This document shows positions 38,444 through 47,956 of a stretch of DNA of 64,000 nucleotides, piece by piece. The DNA is from Candidatus Poribacteria bacterium (GTDB lineage Bacteria > Poribacteria > WGA-4E > PCPOR2b), in the NCBI GenBank assembly GCA_965208675.1, contig OZ242351.1, positions 3,296,001-3,360,000 on the forward strand, read 5' to 3'. A program made the position numbers and the translations under genes. Below the pieces are notes generated by a model, which saw only the letters and a list, made by a program, of their open reading frames with translations, had not been told where the DNA came from and did no database searches. Every line of letters begins with the position of its first letter. Positions within the stretch are counted from its first letter, which is position 1.

Positions 38444-39379
38444 ATGACACACGTTCTGGTAACTGGCGGAGCCGGCTACATCGGCGCGATTCTTTGCGAG
38501 CACCTTCTATCTGAAGGCTTCAGCGTGACTGTCCTCGACAACTTGGTGTACCGTCAGGGCAGCCTCTTCCACCTCTGCGCCCATCCAGCCTTTGATTTCG
38601 TCAAGGGCGATGCCCGCGATGAAGAACTCATACGCCATCTTGTGAAGGATGTTGATGTGCTCATTCCACTTACAGCGGTCGTCGGTGCTCCTGCCTGCGA
38701 CCGCGATCCATGGCTGGCAAAATCGGTGAATCTGGAATCGGTACGGTTGCTTAATCGACTGAGATCACCGCAGCAGTTGGTTATCTTTCCTACAACGAAC
38801 AGCGGTTACGGGGCGCAGTCCGGGGAGACATATTGTACAGAAGACACACCGCTGCAGCCGATCTCGTTCTACGGTCAGACGAAGGCGCAGGCGGAGGCGG
38901 AGATACTAGATAGCCCGAACAGCATAACCTTGCGTCTCGCAACGGTGTTCGGTATGTCGCCCCGTATGCGTCTAGACTTGCTGGTGAACCATTTCGTCTA
39001 TGCAGCGGTCTCTGACGGATATATCGTCATCTTTGAGAAGGATTTCAAGCGCAACTACCTCCACGTCCGCGACGCGGCGGATTGTTTCGTTTACTGCATT
39101 GAGAATGCGGGGCGGATGAATGGCCGCCCTTACAACGTCGGATTGGACGATGCTAATCTTTCAAAGATGGAACTGGCGTTGAAGATTAAGGAACACGTAC
39201 CCAATTTCTACCTACACTTCTCCGAAATTGGCAGCGACCCGGACAAGCGCAACTACATCGTTTCCAATCAGCGGTTGCGGGAAGCTGGATTTGAGGCGAA
39301 GCGTTCACTGGACGATGGGATAAAAGAGTTGCTGAAAGGGTATCGAATGTTGGGACGGGCGCCATTCAAGAATGCCTGA
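38444..39379 (+). CDS. NAD-dependent epimerase/dehydratase (extended SDR)
   Basis: GGAGYIG, YGQTK and LRLATVFGMSPRMRLDLLVN. Confidence 0.9.
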   Translation: MTHVLVTGGAGYIGAILCEHLLSEGFSVTVLDNLVYRQGSLFHLCAHPAFDFVKGDARDEELIRHLVKDVDVLIPLTAVVGAPACDRDPWLAKSVNLESVRLLNRLRSPQQLVIFPTTNSGYGAQSGETYCTEDTPLQPISFYGQTKAQAEAEILDSPNSITLRLATVFGMSPRMRLDLLVNHFVYAAVSDGYIVIFEKDFKRNYLHVRDAADCFVYCIENAGRMNGRPYNVGLDDANLSKMELALKIKEHVPNFYLHFSEIGSDPDKRNYIVSNQRLREAGFEAKRSLDDGIKELLKGYRMLGRAPFKNA

Positions 39380-39390
39380 GAGGGAGAGAT

Positions 39391-39650
39391 TCCCCCCTTA
39401 TCAGGCTTACTATTACCCACAAGTCCAGAAATTCGCACGGAGCCACGCTGTGGGAGGGAGATCCTTCTCCCGATTATCGAGAATCAAGCGACCGAATAGG
39501 GAGCGCGATAGTTTTAAATGCCTCTCCCACAGTAAGGACGCCTTGTTGGTTCTATCATAATCATTCCCCTCCTTACCAAGGAGGATCAACTGACCGAATA
39601 GGGAAGGCGATAGTTTTTATAATTCTTCCTAGTTCTTGTAGGTTGGATTG
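39391..39650 (+). repeat. Approximately 260-bp composite dispersed repeat, copy B (contains 33-nt elements at 39483-39515 and 39585-39617)
   Basis: Aligns with 18260-18533. Confidence 0.92.
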
Positions 39651-39727
39651 AGCATCCTCTCGAAACCCAACCTTCGCGGATTCTTAAGAATGTCTAAAAG
39701 AAACGAGAATTAAGGGACGGACAGCAA

Positions 39728-40801
39728 ATGATTATCAGCAGAACCCCATTTCGCATCTCTTTTTTCGGCGGTGGGACGGACTATCCGGCATGGTACCTGC
39801 AACACGGCGGGGCGGTGCTCGCCACCACAATTGACAAATACTGTTATCTGACGTGTCGATACCTCCCTCCGTTCTTCGAGCACCGTATCCGAATCGTTTA
39901 CTCCCAGATAGAGAGATGCCAGATTTTGGACGAGATTCGCCACCCCGCTGTTCGTGAAGACTTGCGGCATGTAAATCTTAATCGCGGGGTGGAGATTCAT
40001 CATGATGGAGACCTGCCCGCGCGAAGCGGGATGGGGTCGAGTTCCGCGTTCACGGTTGGGCTTTTGTACGCGCTATATGCCCTCAAGGGTCAGATGCCAA
40101 ACAAGATGCAACTGGCGAAAGAGAGCATCTACATAGAACAGGAACAACTCAAAGAAGCGGTTGGCTCTCAGGATCAGGTGCTCGCTGCTTACGGAGGATT
40201 CAACCACATCTCTTTTTATCAAAATGGTGATTTTTCTATCGTGCCAATGACTGTCCCTCCGGAGCGTATACGGGAATTAAATTCCCATCTGATGCTGTTT
40301 TACACCGGCATCAAGCGGACGGCTTCGGATATCGCCCACAGCTACGATATGGCGGGGAAACGGAAGCAGCTTCGCATTATGATGGATTTGGTCGAGGAAG
40401 GGCTTTTAATTCTGAACAGCGGGTCGGACATTACCGCCTTTGGGAGATTACTCCACGAAGCCTGGCGCGCCAAACGTACGTTGAGTCCGAAGGTCTCCAA
40501 TTCCTGCGTGGATGAGATTTACAATCGGGCACTGACGGCGGGCGCTATCGGCGGGAAGCTGACGGGCGCTGGCGGCGGTGGTTTCATGCTGCTTTTTGTG
40601 CCGCCCGACAGACAAGAAAAAGTGAAGGCGTCGTTCAATACGCTCATTCATGTCCCATTTCAGTTTGAAACTTCGGGCAGCCAAATCATTTTTTACGATC
40701 CCGAAGTAGACTATCGTGCGGAAGAAGAGTCACGAAAAACCCAGCCTGTGCAGGCGTTCTATGAAAACCCGTTACTCCATACAGTGGACACTAACATGTG
40801 A
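39728..40801 (+). CDS. hddA: GHMP kinase, D-glycero-alpha-D-manno-heptose-7-phosphate kinase-like
   Basis: SRTPFRISFFGGGTD, PARSGMGSSS, VGSQDQ and GGKLTGAGGGGF. Confidence 0.85.
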   Translation: MIISRTPFRISFFGGGTDYPAWYLQHGGAVLATTIDKYCYLTCRYLPPFFEHRIRIVYSQIERCQILDEIRHPAVREDLRHVNLNRGVEIHHDGDLPARSGMGSSSAFTVGLLYALYALKGQMPNKMQLAKESIYIEQEQLKEAVGSQDQVLAAYGGFNHISFYQNGDFSIVPMTVPPERIRELNSHLMLFYTGIKRTASDIAHSYDMAGKRKQLRIMMDLVEEGLLILNSGSDITAFGRLLHEAWRAKRTLSPKVSNSCVDEIYNRALTAGAIGGKLTGAGGGGFMLLFVPPDRQEKVKASFNTLIHVPFQFETSGSQIIFYDPEVDYRAEEESRKTQPVQAFYENPLLHTVDTNM

Positions 40802-40839
40802 GTTGCATTGTTACGTTTACCTCAAAAGGGAAGTTATTG

Positions 40840-41781
40840 ATGCACGATAAGTTCTATAGAGCTTTATACCGCATCCGACGAACGGAAGAAGAGATAGCCA
40901 AGGTTTACCCCACCGACAATATCAAGAGTCCCGTTCACCTTTCAATCGGTCAAGAGGCGATATCTGTCGGGGTTTGCGAGGCGCTGCAACCGAGCGACGT
41001 TGTTTTCGGCACTTACAGGAGCCATGCGCTCTACTTGGCGAAGAGCGGCGATTTAAAAAAAATGATTGCCGAATTGTACGGCAAGGTTACGGGCTGTACT
41101 AGGGGGAAAGGGGGTTCGATGCACCTAATTGACACCGCCGCCGGGGTCATGGGCACCTCCGCCGTTGTGGGAACGACCATCCCGCTGGCAGTCGGCTACG
41201 CCTATGCCTTGAAGTTGAATGGAAAAAACGCTATAGTGGTCAGCTTTTTGGGTGATGGCGCGGTCGAAGAAGGGGTTTTCCATGAGAGTCTGAATTTTGC
41301 AGCCCTCAAGAGCGTACCTATCCTTTTTATCTGCGAAAACAACGGCTACGCCATCCAGTCGCATCAATCCAAACGCCAGTCGATGGATAACATCTGCGAG
41401 CGTGCGCGCGTTCATGGGATGCCAGCGGAGCGAATTGAAGATAATGACATCTTCAAGATATACGAACGAGTGAAGCGCGCAAGCAATGAGATACGAAATG
41501 GGAGGCAAGGTCCCAGATTCTTCGAGTGTTTGACATATCGGTGGAGGGAACACGTGGGTCCCAATGAAGACTTCGATGCAGGCTACCGTTCCAAAAGCGA
41601 GGCGCGGCCCTGGTTTGAAAGTGACCCGCTCAAAACCATCGGCGCCAGATTGAATCCCGTGCGGCGCGGACAAATTGAAGCGGATGTGGAAGCGGAAATC
41701 AATGAAGCATTTGAGTTTGCTGAAGACAGTCCGTTTCCCGATGAAGACGAACTCTACACCGATGTGTTCACGGAGGTTTAG
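40840..41781 (+). CDS. TPP-dependent E1 alpha-like subunit
   Basis: HLSIGQEA, YRSH, GKGGSMH, GDGA...ENN and TYRWREH. Confidence 0.9.
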   Translation: MHDKFYRALYRIRRTEEEIAKVYPTDNIKSPVHLSIGQEAISVGVCEALQPSDVVFGTYRSHALYLAKSGDLKKMIAELYGKVTGCTRGKGGSMHLIDTAAGVMGTSAVVGTTIPLAVGYAYALKLNGKNAIVVSFLGDGAVEEGVFHESLNFAALKSVPILFICENNGYAIQSHQSKRQSMDNICERARVHGMPAERIEDNDIFKIYERVKRASNEIRNGRQGPRFFECLTYRWREHVGPNEDFDAGYRSKSEARPWFESDPLKTIGARLNPVRRGQIEADVEAEINEAFEFAEDSPFPDEDELYTDVFTEV

Positions 41782-41782
41782 C

Positions 41783-42850
41783 ATGGCGCGTATGTTGACC
41801 TATGCGGAAGCAGTTCTTGAGGCGACTGAAAACGAGATGGCGCGAGATGCGTCGGTCATGGTGTTGGGCATCGGTGTCGACGATTTCAAGGGGATTTACG
41901 GTACTACAACGGGGTTGGTTGAGAAATTCGGAAATGACCGCGTTGTAGATACGCCGATTTCCGAGGACGCTATGACGGGGGTTGCCATCGGCGCCGCGCT
42001 CGCCGGATTGCGTCCGATTCACGTTCATATCCGCATGGACTTTCTGCTTTTAGCCATGAATCAACTGGTGAACATCGCCGCCAAGAGCCGGTATATGTAC
42101 GGCGGCGAAGTCTGCGTGCCCATCGTAGTTCGTGCCATTATTGGTAGAAGTTGGGGACAGGGGGCGCAGCACTCACAAGGGCTTCACTCATTCTTTATGC
42201 ACGTACCGGGGATGAAAGTGGTTGCCCCCAGCACGCCTTACGACGCAAAAGGTTGCTTGATTCAGAGTATCCGGGACGATAATCCGGTGGTGTTTGTCGA
42301 ACACCGCCTGATACACTATCAGAGGGGTCATGTGCCGGAATCTGACTACACTGTGCCCTTCGGTCAAGCGAGGGTGCTGGCGGAAGGGCGTGACATTACA
42401 CTCGTCGGTATTTCACATATGGCTGCAGAGTGCTTAGGCGCGAAGCGATACCTCCATGACATTGGTCTCCGCGCTGAAGTCATAGACCCGGTGTCTTTAA
42501 GTCCTCTGGACATAGGTACGATCGCCGCCTCTGTTGAAAAAACAGGAAGACTCCTCGTTGTTGACACCGCCTGGACCTCTTGCGGTGCCAGCGCGGAAAT
42601 TATGGCGCAGGTCACAGAACATCTAGGCAACGCGAGAATGGAATGCCGCCGGATGGGGTTTGCGCCTGTGACCTGTCCTACCACAAAAAATCTGGAGAAC
42701 TGCTTTTACCCGGATGCAAAAAAGATAGCAACTGTGGCGTACCGTATGGTTCATGGAGACGGCGTTCCTACGGCTGTAGATAGACAGCTCGATTTTTCAA
42801 TACCACCCGAGGTATCGCCAGAGTCCGTCGATTTCAGGGGACCTTTCTAA
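41783..42850 (+). CDS. TPP-dependent E1 beta-like subunit
   Basis: DTPISE, GLRP, WGQGAQHSQ, PSTPYDAKG and SVEKTGRL. RBS GGAGG. Confidence 0.9.
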   Translation: MARMLTYAEAVLEATENEMARDASVMVLGIGVDDFKGIYGTTTGLVEKFGNDRVVDTPISEDAMTGVAIGAALAGLRPIHVHIRMDFLLLAMNQLVNIAAKSRYMYGGEVCVPIVVRAIIGRSWGQGAQHSQGLHSFFMHVPGMKVVAPSTPYDAKGCLIQSIRDDNPVVFVEHRLIHYQRGHVPESDYTVPFGQARVLAEGRDITLVGISHMAAECLGAKRYLHDIGLRAEVIDPVSLSPLDIGTIAASVEKTGRLLVVDTAWTSCGASAEIMAQVTEHLGNARMECRRMGFAPVTCPTTKNLENCFYPDAKKIATVAYRMVHGDGVPTAVDRQLDFSIPPEVSPESVDFRGPF

Positions 42851-44031
42851 TGGGAGGACAATACCGGCTTGCGGAACAGACCATTGACGAGGAAGACCTC
42901 CAGGACCTCATCGCGTGGATAAAGACCAACCCATGGTTGACTCAGGGTGAACTGGTACACGAATTCGAGCGTCAATGGGCAGAGTGGCTTTATACCAATT
43001 ACGCGACCTTTGTCAATTCCGGTTCTTCAGCCAATCTTCTGATGTACGACGCCCTCTTGTTGTCCGAGAAGTTGGCCAACCAAAAGATTGTCCTCCCAGC
43101 CGTCAGTTGGTCAACTTCCGTTGCGCCCGCGATTCAACTCGGTTTTGAACCGATTTTATGCGAAGCGGATTGGAACACCTTTGGGCTGGATTTGGACTGT
43201 CTAGAAAGACTATTGAAAGTACACAATCCGGGAGCGGTTCTCATTGTTCACACACTCGGTGTGCCGAACGAGATGGAACCGCTTCTCGCGCTCAAAAATC
43301 GGTACGGGTTTATCCTGATGGAGGACGCTTGCGCCGCAATTGGATCTTACTATGACAACCAACCTGTTGGAACATTCGGGGAGATTAGTACATTTTCTTT
43401 CTATTACGGCCACCACCTTTCTACGATAGAGGGCGGCATGATTTGCACAAACGACGAAACACTCCACGACATTTTGGTTCAGATTCGGAGCCACGGTTGG
43501 GCTAAGGATCTCCCTCCTGAGAAAGCGGAGAAGAGAGCCCGTGAGAACAATGTCATTGCGTTCAATCGCCCTTTCACTTTCTACTATCCGGGCTACAACC
43601 TGCGGTCAACGGATCTGAACGCGCGAATCGGATTGTCCCAAATGAATAAGATTGATTACGTCGTGAAGCGGCGAATCGAAAATCACAACATCTACCAGTC
43701 TCGGTTCCAAAATGCTACAGATTTTCATTGCCAGCGAAATGACCGTGCGACCATCTGCAGTATTGCTTTTGCCGCCTTGGCTCGATCGCAGGCGCATCGG
43801 GAGAGAATTGCAAAAGCCCTTAGAGAAAACCATATTGAGACGCGGCCGCTAGGTGGAGGTAACATGTCACGCCAGCCCTTTTGGGCGAATAGGTATGAAT
43901 GCACCGCTTTTCCAGTTGCCGACCGAATTCACTCGACCGCCTTTCAACTCCCGAATCATCCCAGGCTCAGCCGAGAAGATGTCAACTATATCTGTGATAC
44001 TGTGCTTTCCATCCGGGATTCTGATTTGTGA
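42850..44031 (+). CDS. DegT/DnrJ-fold PLP enzyme, ColD-like 3-dehydratase
   Basis: NSGSSANLL and EDAC. SFYYGHHLSTIEGG has His at the usual catalytic Lys position. RSHGW follows without the Cys-rich Fe-S insert of RfbH/E1. Confidence 0.8.
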   Translation: MGGQYRLAEQTIDEEDLQDLIAWIKTNPWLTQGELVHEFERQWAEWLYTNYATFVNSGSSANLLMYDALLLSEKLANQKIVLPAVSWSTSVAPAIQLGFEPILCEADWNTFGLDLDCLERLLKVHNPGAVLIVHTLGVPNEMEPLLALKNRYGFILMEDACAAIGSYYDNQPVGTFGEISTFSFYYGHHLSTIEGGMICTNDETLHDILVQIRSHGWAKDLPPEKAEKRARENNVIAFNRPFTFYYPGYNLRSTDLNARIGLSQMNKIDYVVKRRIENHNIYQSRFQNATDFHCQRNDRATICSIAFAALARSQAHRERIAKALRENHIETRPLGGGNMSRQPFWANRYECTAFPVADRIHSTAFQLPNHPRLSREDVNYICDTVLSIRDSDL

Positions 44032-44317
44032 ATCGGTGAGCAGAGTGGGATTACTCTGGCACTAAACCCACAGAGAGTATCCCGTATCTATGTATGCATA
44101 GGCACGTCATAACAGTGCTGACTACTGCGGTTCAACTGTAATTTCCGGGGCCTCGACGATTGTCTGCACTGATGATTATCAGGGTGTTAAACCCAGGTAT
44201 GCTCACTGATACAATCGTGTACGATGCAAGAAAGGCGCGAACTCACCGATTTTAAATTGTCCAAATTAGTATAACCAAGACCTGCAGTGATGTCACTTTG
44301 CAAAGGTGGCTGACGGC

Positions 44318-45829
44318 ATGACTCAAACACTCAAACTACATGGGCGCTTGTTGGTGAGAAATACCAGCCTCAACTTTGGGGCGAAGGTGCTGCCCTTGGT
44401 TGTGATGGGGATCACGGTTCCGTATGTGATTGACGGTTTGGGTGTGGCGCGCTACGGGATTTTCACGCTTATCTGGGCTGTCATAGGCTATTTCAGTGTC
44501 CTTGATCTGGGTTTGGGGAAAGCAACTGCAAAGAAGGTAGCGGAAGCGCTGGGTAGAGGGGAAAGCGCTTCGATTCCCGCTATCGCTTGGACGGCTGTCG
44601 TCCTTACACTGGGTTTAGGGTTAATTGCAAGCTTCTCCCTTATGGCATTCACGTCGCTTCTGGTAAACAATGTCTTTCAGGTGGATGCCAACTTGAGCGA
44701 AGAGACCCAGCAGGTCTTCTACCTTGCTGCGGTCGGTCTGCTCATCGCATTGGTCAAATCTGCGCTTACCGGGGTGTTGGAGGCGCATCAGCGGTTCGAT
44801 TTAATCAACATGGTGGGCGTACCTTCAAGCCTGCTGTCCGCGGTTATTCCACCCTTTGTGCTTTATGCGGATGGCGGATTGCCTGCTATCGTTATTCTAC
44901 TCGTCATCAAAAACGGTTTCGAGTTATTCGTTTTGTCCTTCCTCTGGTTGAAGGTGTTGCCGTCCGGAGACCGCTTCTTTGCGCTAGATATGAAAATGAG
45001 CCCCGCCCTTTTTTCGTTTGGAGGGTGGTTGACACTGCACAACGTCGCAAGTTATGTTCTACAATACGTTGAGCGGTTCCTAATTGGCGCGCTCGTGACA
45101 GTAACAGCGGTCACCTATTACAGTGTTCCTTTCACCCTCATCAGTGCGTTGACGGTTCTTCCTTCGAGCCTGATGCCTGTCCTCTTTCCCGCTTTTAGCG
45201 TCCTTCACCATTCAGATGTTACGAAATTAGAGAATCTCTTCCGGCGGGCGCTGAAATACCTCGTCGTGCTGATGGGGCTGGCGGCATTGTTTCTGATGAT
45301 ATTTTCGGAGGAAATCTTGGTGTTGTGGATAGGCGAGGATGGTATAAGAAGCGTCTATGTGCTTCAGTTCCTCGCCGCGGGATACGTGCTCTCGGTTGTT
45401 TCATGGTATTTCAGCACGTTCCTGCAAGGGACGGGTTATATTAAATCGGTGACCGCAATTGGGCTGGCGTTCTTGGCTTTTCAGGTTCCATTCTCATGGG
45501 CGTTCATAACAGGGTGGGGAATTGAGGGCGCGGCTTTGGCATTCACATTTAGTCGGGCGCTAGTAGTTTTGGTATTCTACTGTACCGCTCGAAGGTTTAA
45601 TCTGATTCGTCCTTTGCGGGTTTCCATCGGCAAAATGGCAAAACTCACTTGCGGGTTTTTGATTATCATTTCAGCAACGCTGTTGCTCAAAACAGTTGTA
45701 GGTATTCTACCTTGGTCTATCATTTTGAGCGCCCCTGTATTCATTGGAAGCACCTTCCTGTTTGGCTGGTATGCCATTCTCACCCATGAGGAAAAAAGCA
45801 TGGTGTTACAGACGGTAAAGCGAGTCTAA
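44318..45829 (+). CDS. wzx: Wzx-type polysaccharide flippase
   Basis: LG..RYG, DLGLG, ERFLIG..V...AVTYY and LFPAFS; many TM helices. Confidence 0.9.
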   Translation: MTQTLKLHGRLLVRNTSLNFGAKVLPLVVMGITVPYVIDGLGVARYGIFTLIWAVIGYFSVLDLGLGKATAKKVAEALGRGESASIPAIAWTAVVLTLGLGLIASFSLMAFTSLLVNNVFQVDANLSEETQQVFYLAAVGLLIALVKSALTGVLEAHQRFDLINMVGVPSSLLSAVIPPFVLYADGGLPAIVILLVIKNGFELFVLSFLWLKVLPSGDRFFALDMKMSPALFSFGGWLTLHNVASYVLQYVERFLIGALVTVTAVTYYSVPFTLISALTVLPSSLMPVLFPAFSVLHHSDVTKLENLFRRALKYLVVLMGLAALFLMIFSEEILVLWIGEDGIRSVYVLQFLAAGYVLSVVSWYFSTFLQGTGYIKSVTAIGLAFLAFQVPFSWAFITGWGIEGAALAFTFSRALVVLVFYCTARRFNLIRPLRVSIGKMAKLTCGFLIIISATLLLKTVVGILPWSIILSAPVFIGSTFLFGWYAILTHEEKSMVLQTVKRV

Positions 45830-45840
45830 CGCAATACCAT

Positions 45841-45924
45841 TTTAGTTGCGGAACTGGAAACCTTAACGTAACTGGATTGAACGGGGGAAGGGGCACACGT
45901 TTTCTCGGCAATGCGCATTCGCCT
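45841..45924 (+). pseudogene. Relic of the 3' end of a third PD40 paralog
   Basis: Translates to FSCGTGNLNVTGLNGGRGTRFLGNAHSP, compared with FSRGDGNIYLTKLGGGGITRYFNNAHSP in 47957..49897. Confidence 0.7.
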
Positions 45925-45962
45925 GCAATCAACTCGCTTAGCATCGTATAGCGTTAGGAGAC

Positions 45963-47867
45963 ATGACCATGATGATTATAGCGAAATGCCATCAGCAAAC
46001 CAATACATGTGATGCGAATCGTTACTTGTCGGCACGAGTTGAGGTCGTCACACATTTTGTTATTTTGTTGCTCCTGATGAATTTCATTGTTTTTCCGGCA
46101 AATGCCCAAAATCTACAAGAGCAGATTGTGTTTGTGTCTGAATTGGGAGACATTCAACAAATACATCTCAGCATGCCCGGAGGCGGTCAAATTCAAAAAC
46201 TTACTTTACAACATAAACGCTATGCCACACCATCATTGTCGTTTGATGGAGAACGGGTTGCGTTTGCATCGGCAGACCGTAGAAGTCGAAACTATGACAT
46301 TTTTGTTATGGATATACAATCTCGAGAGCAGCGTCGCGTGACATTTGCGGGAAGCTTAGACATTCATCCTTCTTGGGCGCCTGATGGAAGTCGGATTGTG
46401 TTCGCTTCAGATGCAGGAGGAGTTTTCAATCTCTACACCGTGGATGAGAATGGGGAAAACCGCACCCGCCTGACGAATAGTTCGGGTGACGATATCCATC
46501 CTGACTGGTCTCCGGACGGGAGCAAAATAGCGTTCGCGTCGGATCAGGCAAGCGCAGTTCATCAGGCTTACTGGCTGAATCCTAGAACAGGACACCAAAA
46601 GCAATTGACTCAAATCAGTTTTGGAATTGATTACCCGCGATGGTCGCCTGATGGGGCAAAAATAGCATTCTTTTCGGCAGTTCGCGACAGGGAACGATGG
46701 CCAGTCGGCAACAGGCAAATTTGGCAAGTCAGCGCCGATGGAACCGGCTTAAAGAGTCTAATTACAGACGGCGACTACAATGATGAGCCAGTCATTTCTC
46801 ATGACTTAAAGTGTATTGCCTTTAAATCTACGAGAGACGATAACACGGACATTTATATCTTCAATCGGGATTCCCGAAAAATTCTGCGTCTAACTCGCCA
46901 CCCATCTTACGATTCGCGGCCGAGTTGGTCGCCGGACGGTAAACATCTAGTGTTCGTTTCTCGCAGATCTGACAACGCTGACATTTATAAGATTAACGCC
47001 GATGGCGGCGGGCTTGTGAATCTGACTCGCAGCGATGCCGATGAATCTATGCCGGTTTGGTCTCCGAAGGGGGACACAATCTGTTTCGTGCGAAATGTAG
47101 ATGGAAGGCGGGAGATTCGTGTGATGGACAGTAATGGGAAGCGTCAAATGCGGCTGGATAATAGCCCATTCTACAGCTCACCGCCGACATGGTTGCCGCG
47201 AGGAGATAAGATTGCCTTTGTGAGTAAACCCGTTCAGCTTGGTAGGGATTATCGTATCTATACAATGGATACGGATGGGCAGAATAAGCGACTGTTGTTT
47301 AGGACAGTAGATGGCGAAGTTCGAAAAATCAGTTGGTCTGCGGATGGCAAGCAAATGCTGTTTGTCCATTACGCCAATGGGGTTCACGAAATTCGTATGC
47401 TTGATGTGATTACACGAAAGGTTAGCACAATAAATTTGAATTTGAAGGTGGTTGCGCCTGACAACGCGGCTTGGGCGCCTTTAGGCAGGACGATTGTGTT
47501 TTCAGCTTTACCAATAAATCGACTACGGTCCGCCTTACGATATGGCATTCTCTTGATTGACGCCGACAGCGATAAAACTCAAGAACCAGAACCCGTATGG
47601 GATACCTTCAGTCCCGACCCGATTCGATTACCCGACAGAAGAGCATGTTTTTCGTGGTCGCCGGATGGGCAAAACTTGCTTTTTGGTCGCGGAGATTCTG
47701 AGAACCTCTACCAAACTGGATTAAGCGGGGCAGGCGTCACACGTTTTCGCAGAGATGCCCATTCACCGGATTGGAAAACCCCTCGCGTCTGGCGGAGTGT
47801 AACACCCAAGAACAAGCTGCATACAACTTGGGGAGAAGTCAAAGAAATAAACCGTGCCCAGGATTAA
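45963..47867 (+). CDS. TolB-like PD40 double beta-propeller protein, exported
   Basis: Many P.WSPDG..IAF repeats, a signal segment and C-terminal VTPKNKLHTTWGEVK. Confidence 0.9.
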   Translation: MTMMIIAKCHQQTNTCDANRYLSARVEVVTHFVILLLLMNFIVFPANAQNLQEQIVFVSELGDIQQIHLSMPGGGQIQKLTLQHKRYATPSLSFDGERVAFASADRRSRNYDIFVMDIQSREQRRVTFAGSLDIHPSWAPDGSRIVFASDAGGVFNLYTVDENGENRTRLTNSSGDDIHPDWSPDGSKIAFASDQASAVHQAYWLNPRTGHQKQLTQISFGIDYPRWSPDGAKIAFFSAVRDRERWPVGNRQIWQVSADGTGLKSLITDGDYNDEPVISHDLKCIAFKSTRDDNTDIYIFNRDSRKILRLTRHPSYDSRPSWSPDGKHLVFVSRRSDNADIYKINADGGGLVNLTRSDADESMPVWSPKGDTICFVRNVDGRREIRVMDSNGKRQMRLDNSPFYSSPPTWLPRGDKIAFVSKPVQLGRDYRIYTMDTDGQNKRLLFRTVDGEVRKISWSADGKQMLFVHYANGVHEIRMLDVITRKVSTINLNLKVVAPDNAAWAPLGRTIVFSALPINRLRSALRYGILLIDADSDKTQEPEPVWDTFSPDPIRLPDRRACFSWSPDGQNLLFGRGDSENLYQTGLSGAGVTRFRRDAHSPDWKTPRVWRSVTPKNKLHTTWGEVKEINRAQD

Positions 47868-47956
47868 CCCTTGGCGATATCTTCAGCGACACTGATTCTA
47901 GTCGGAAAGTCAACAATTGCAATCAACTCGCTTAGTATCGTATAGCGTTAGGAGAT

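Noticed and set aside
40840-42850. Housekeeping pyruvate dehydrogenase pdhAB
   Set aside because: No E2/E3 or lipoyl-domain gene is adjacent, and the pair is embedded in and translationally coupled to nucleotide-sugar genes.
45924-45960. ATCAACTCGCTTAGCATCGTATAGCG (also at ~47922) as another 33-nt hairpin element
   Set aside because: It shares only ATCAACT and lacks the GA/GAATA/GA core. It is the duplicated leader of the PD40 paralogs.
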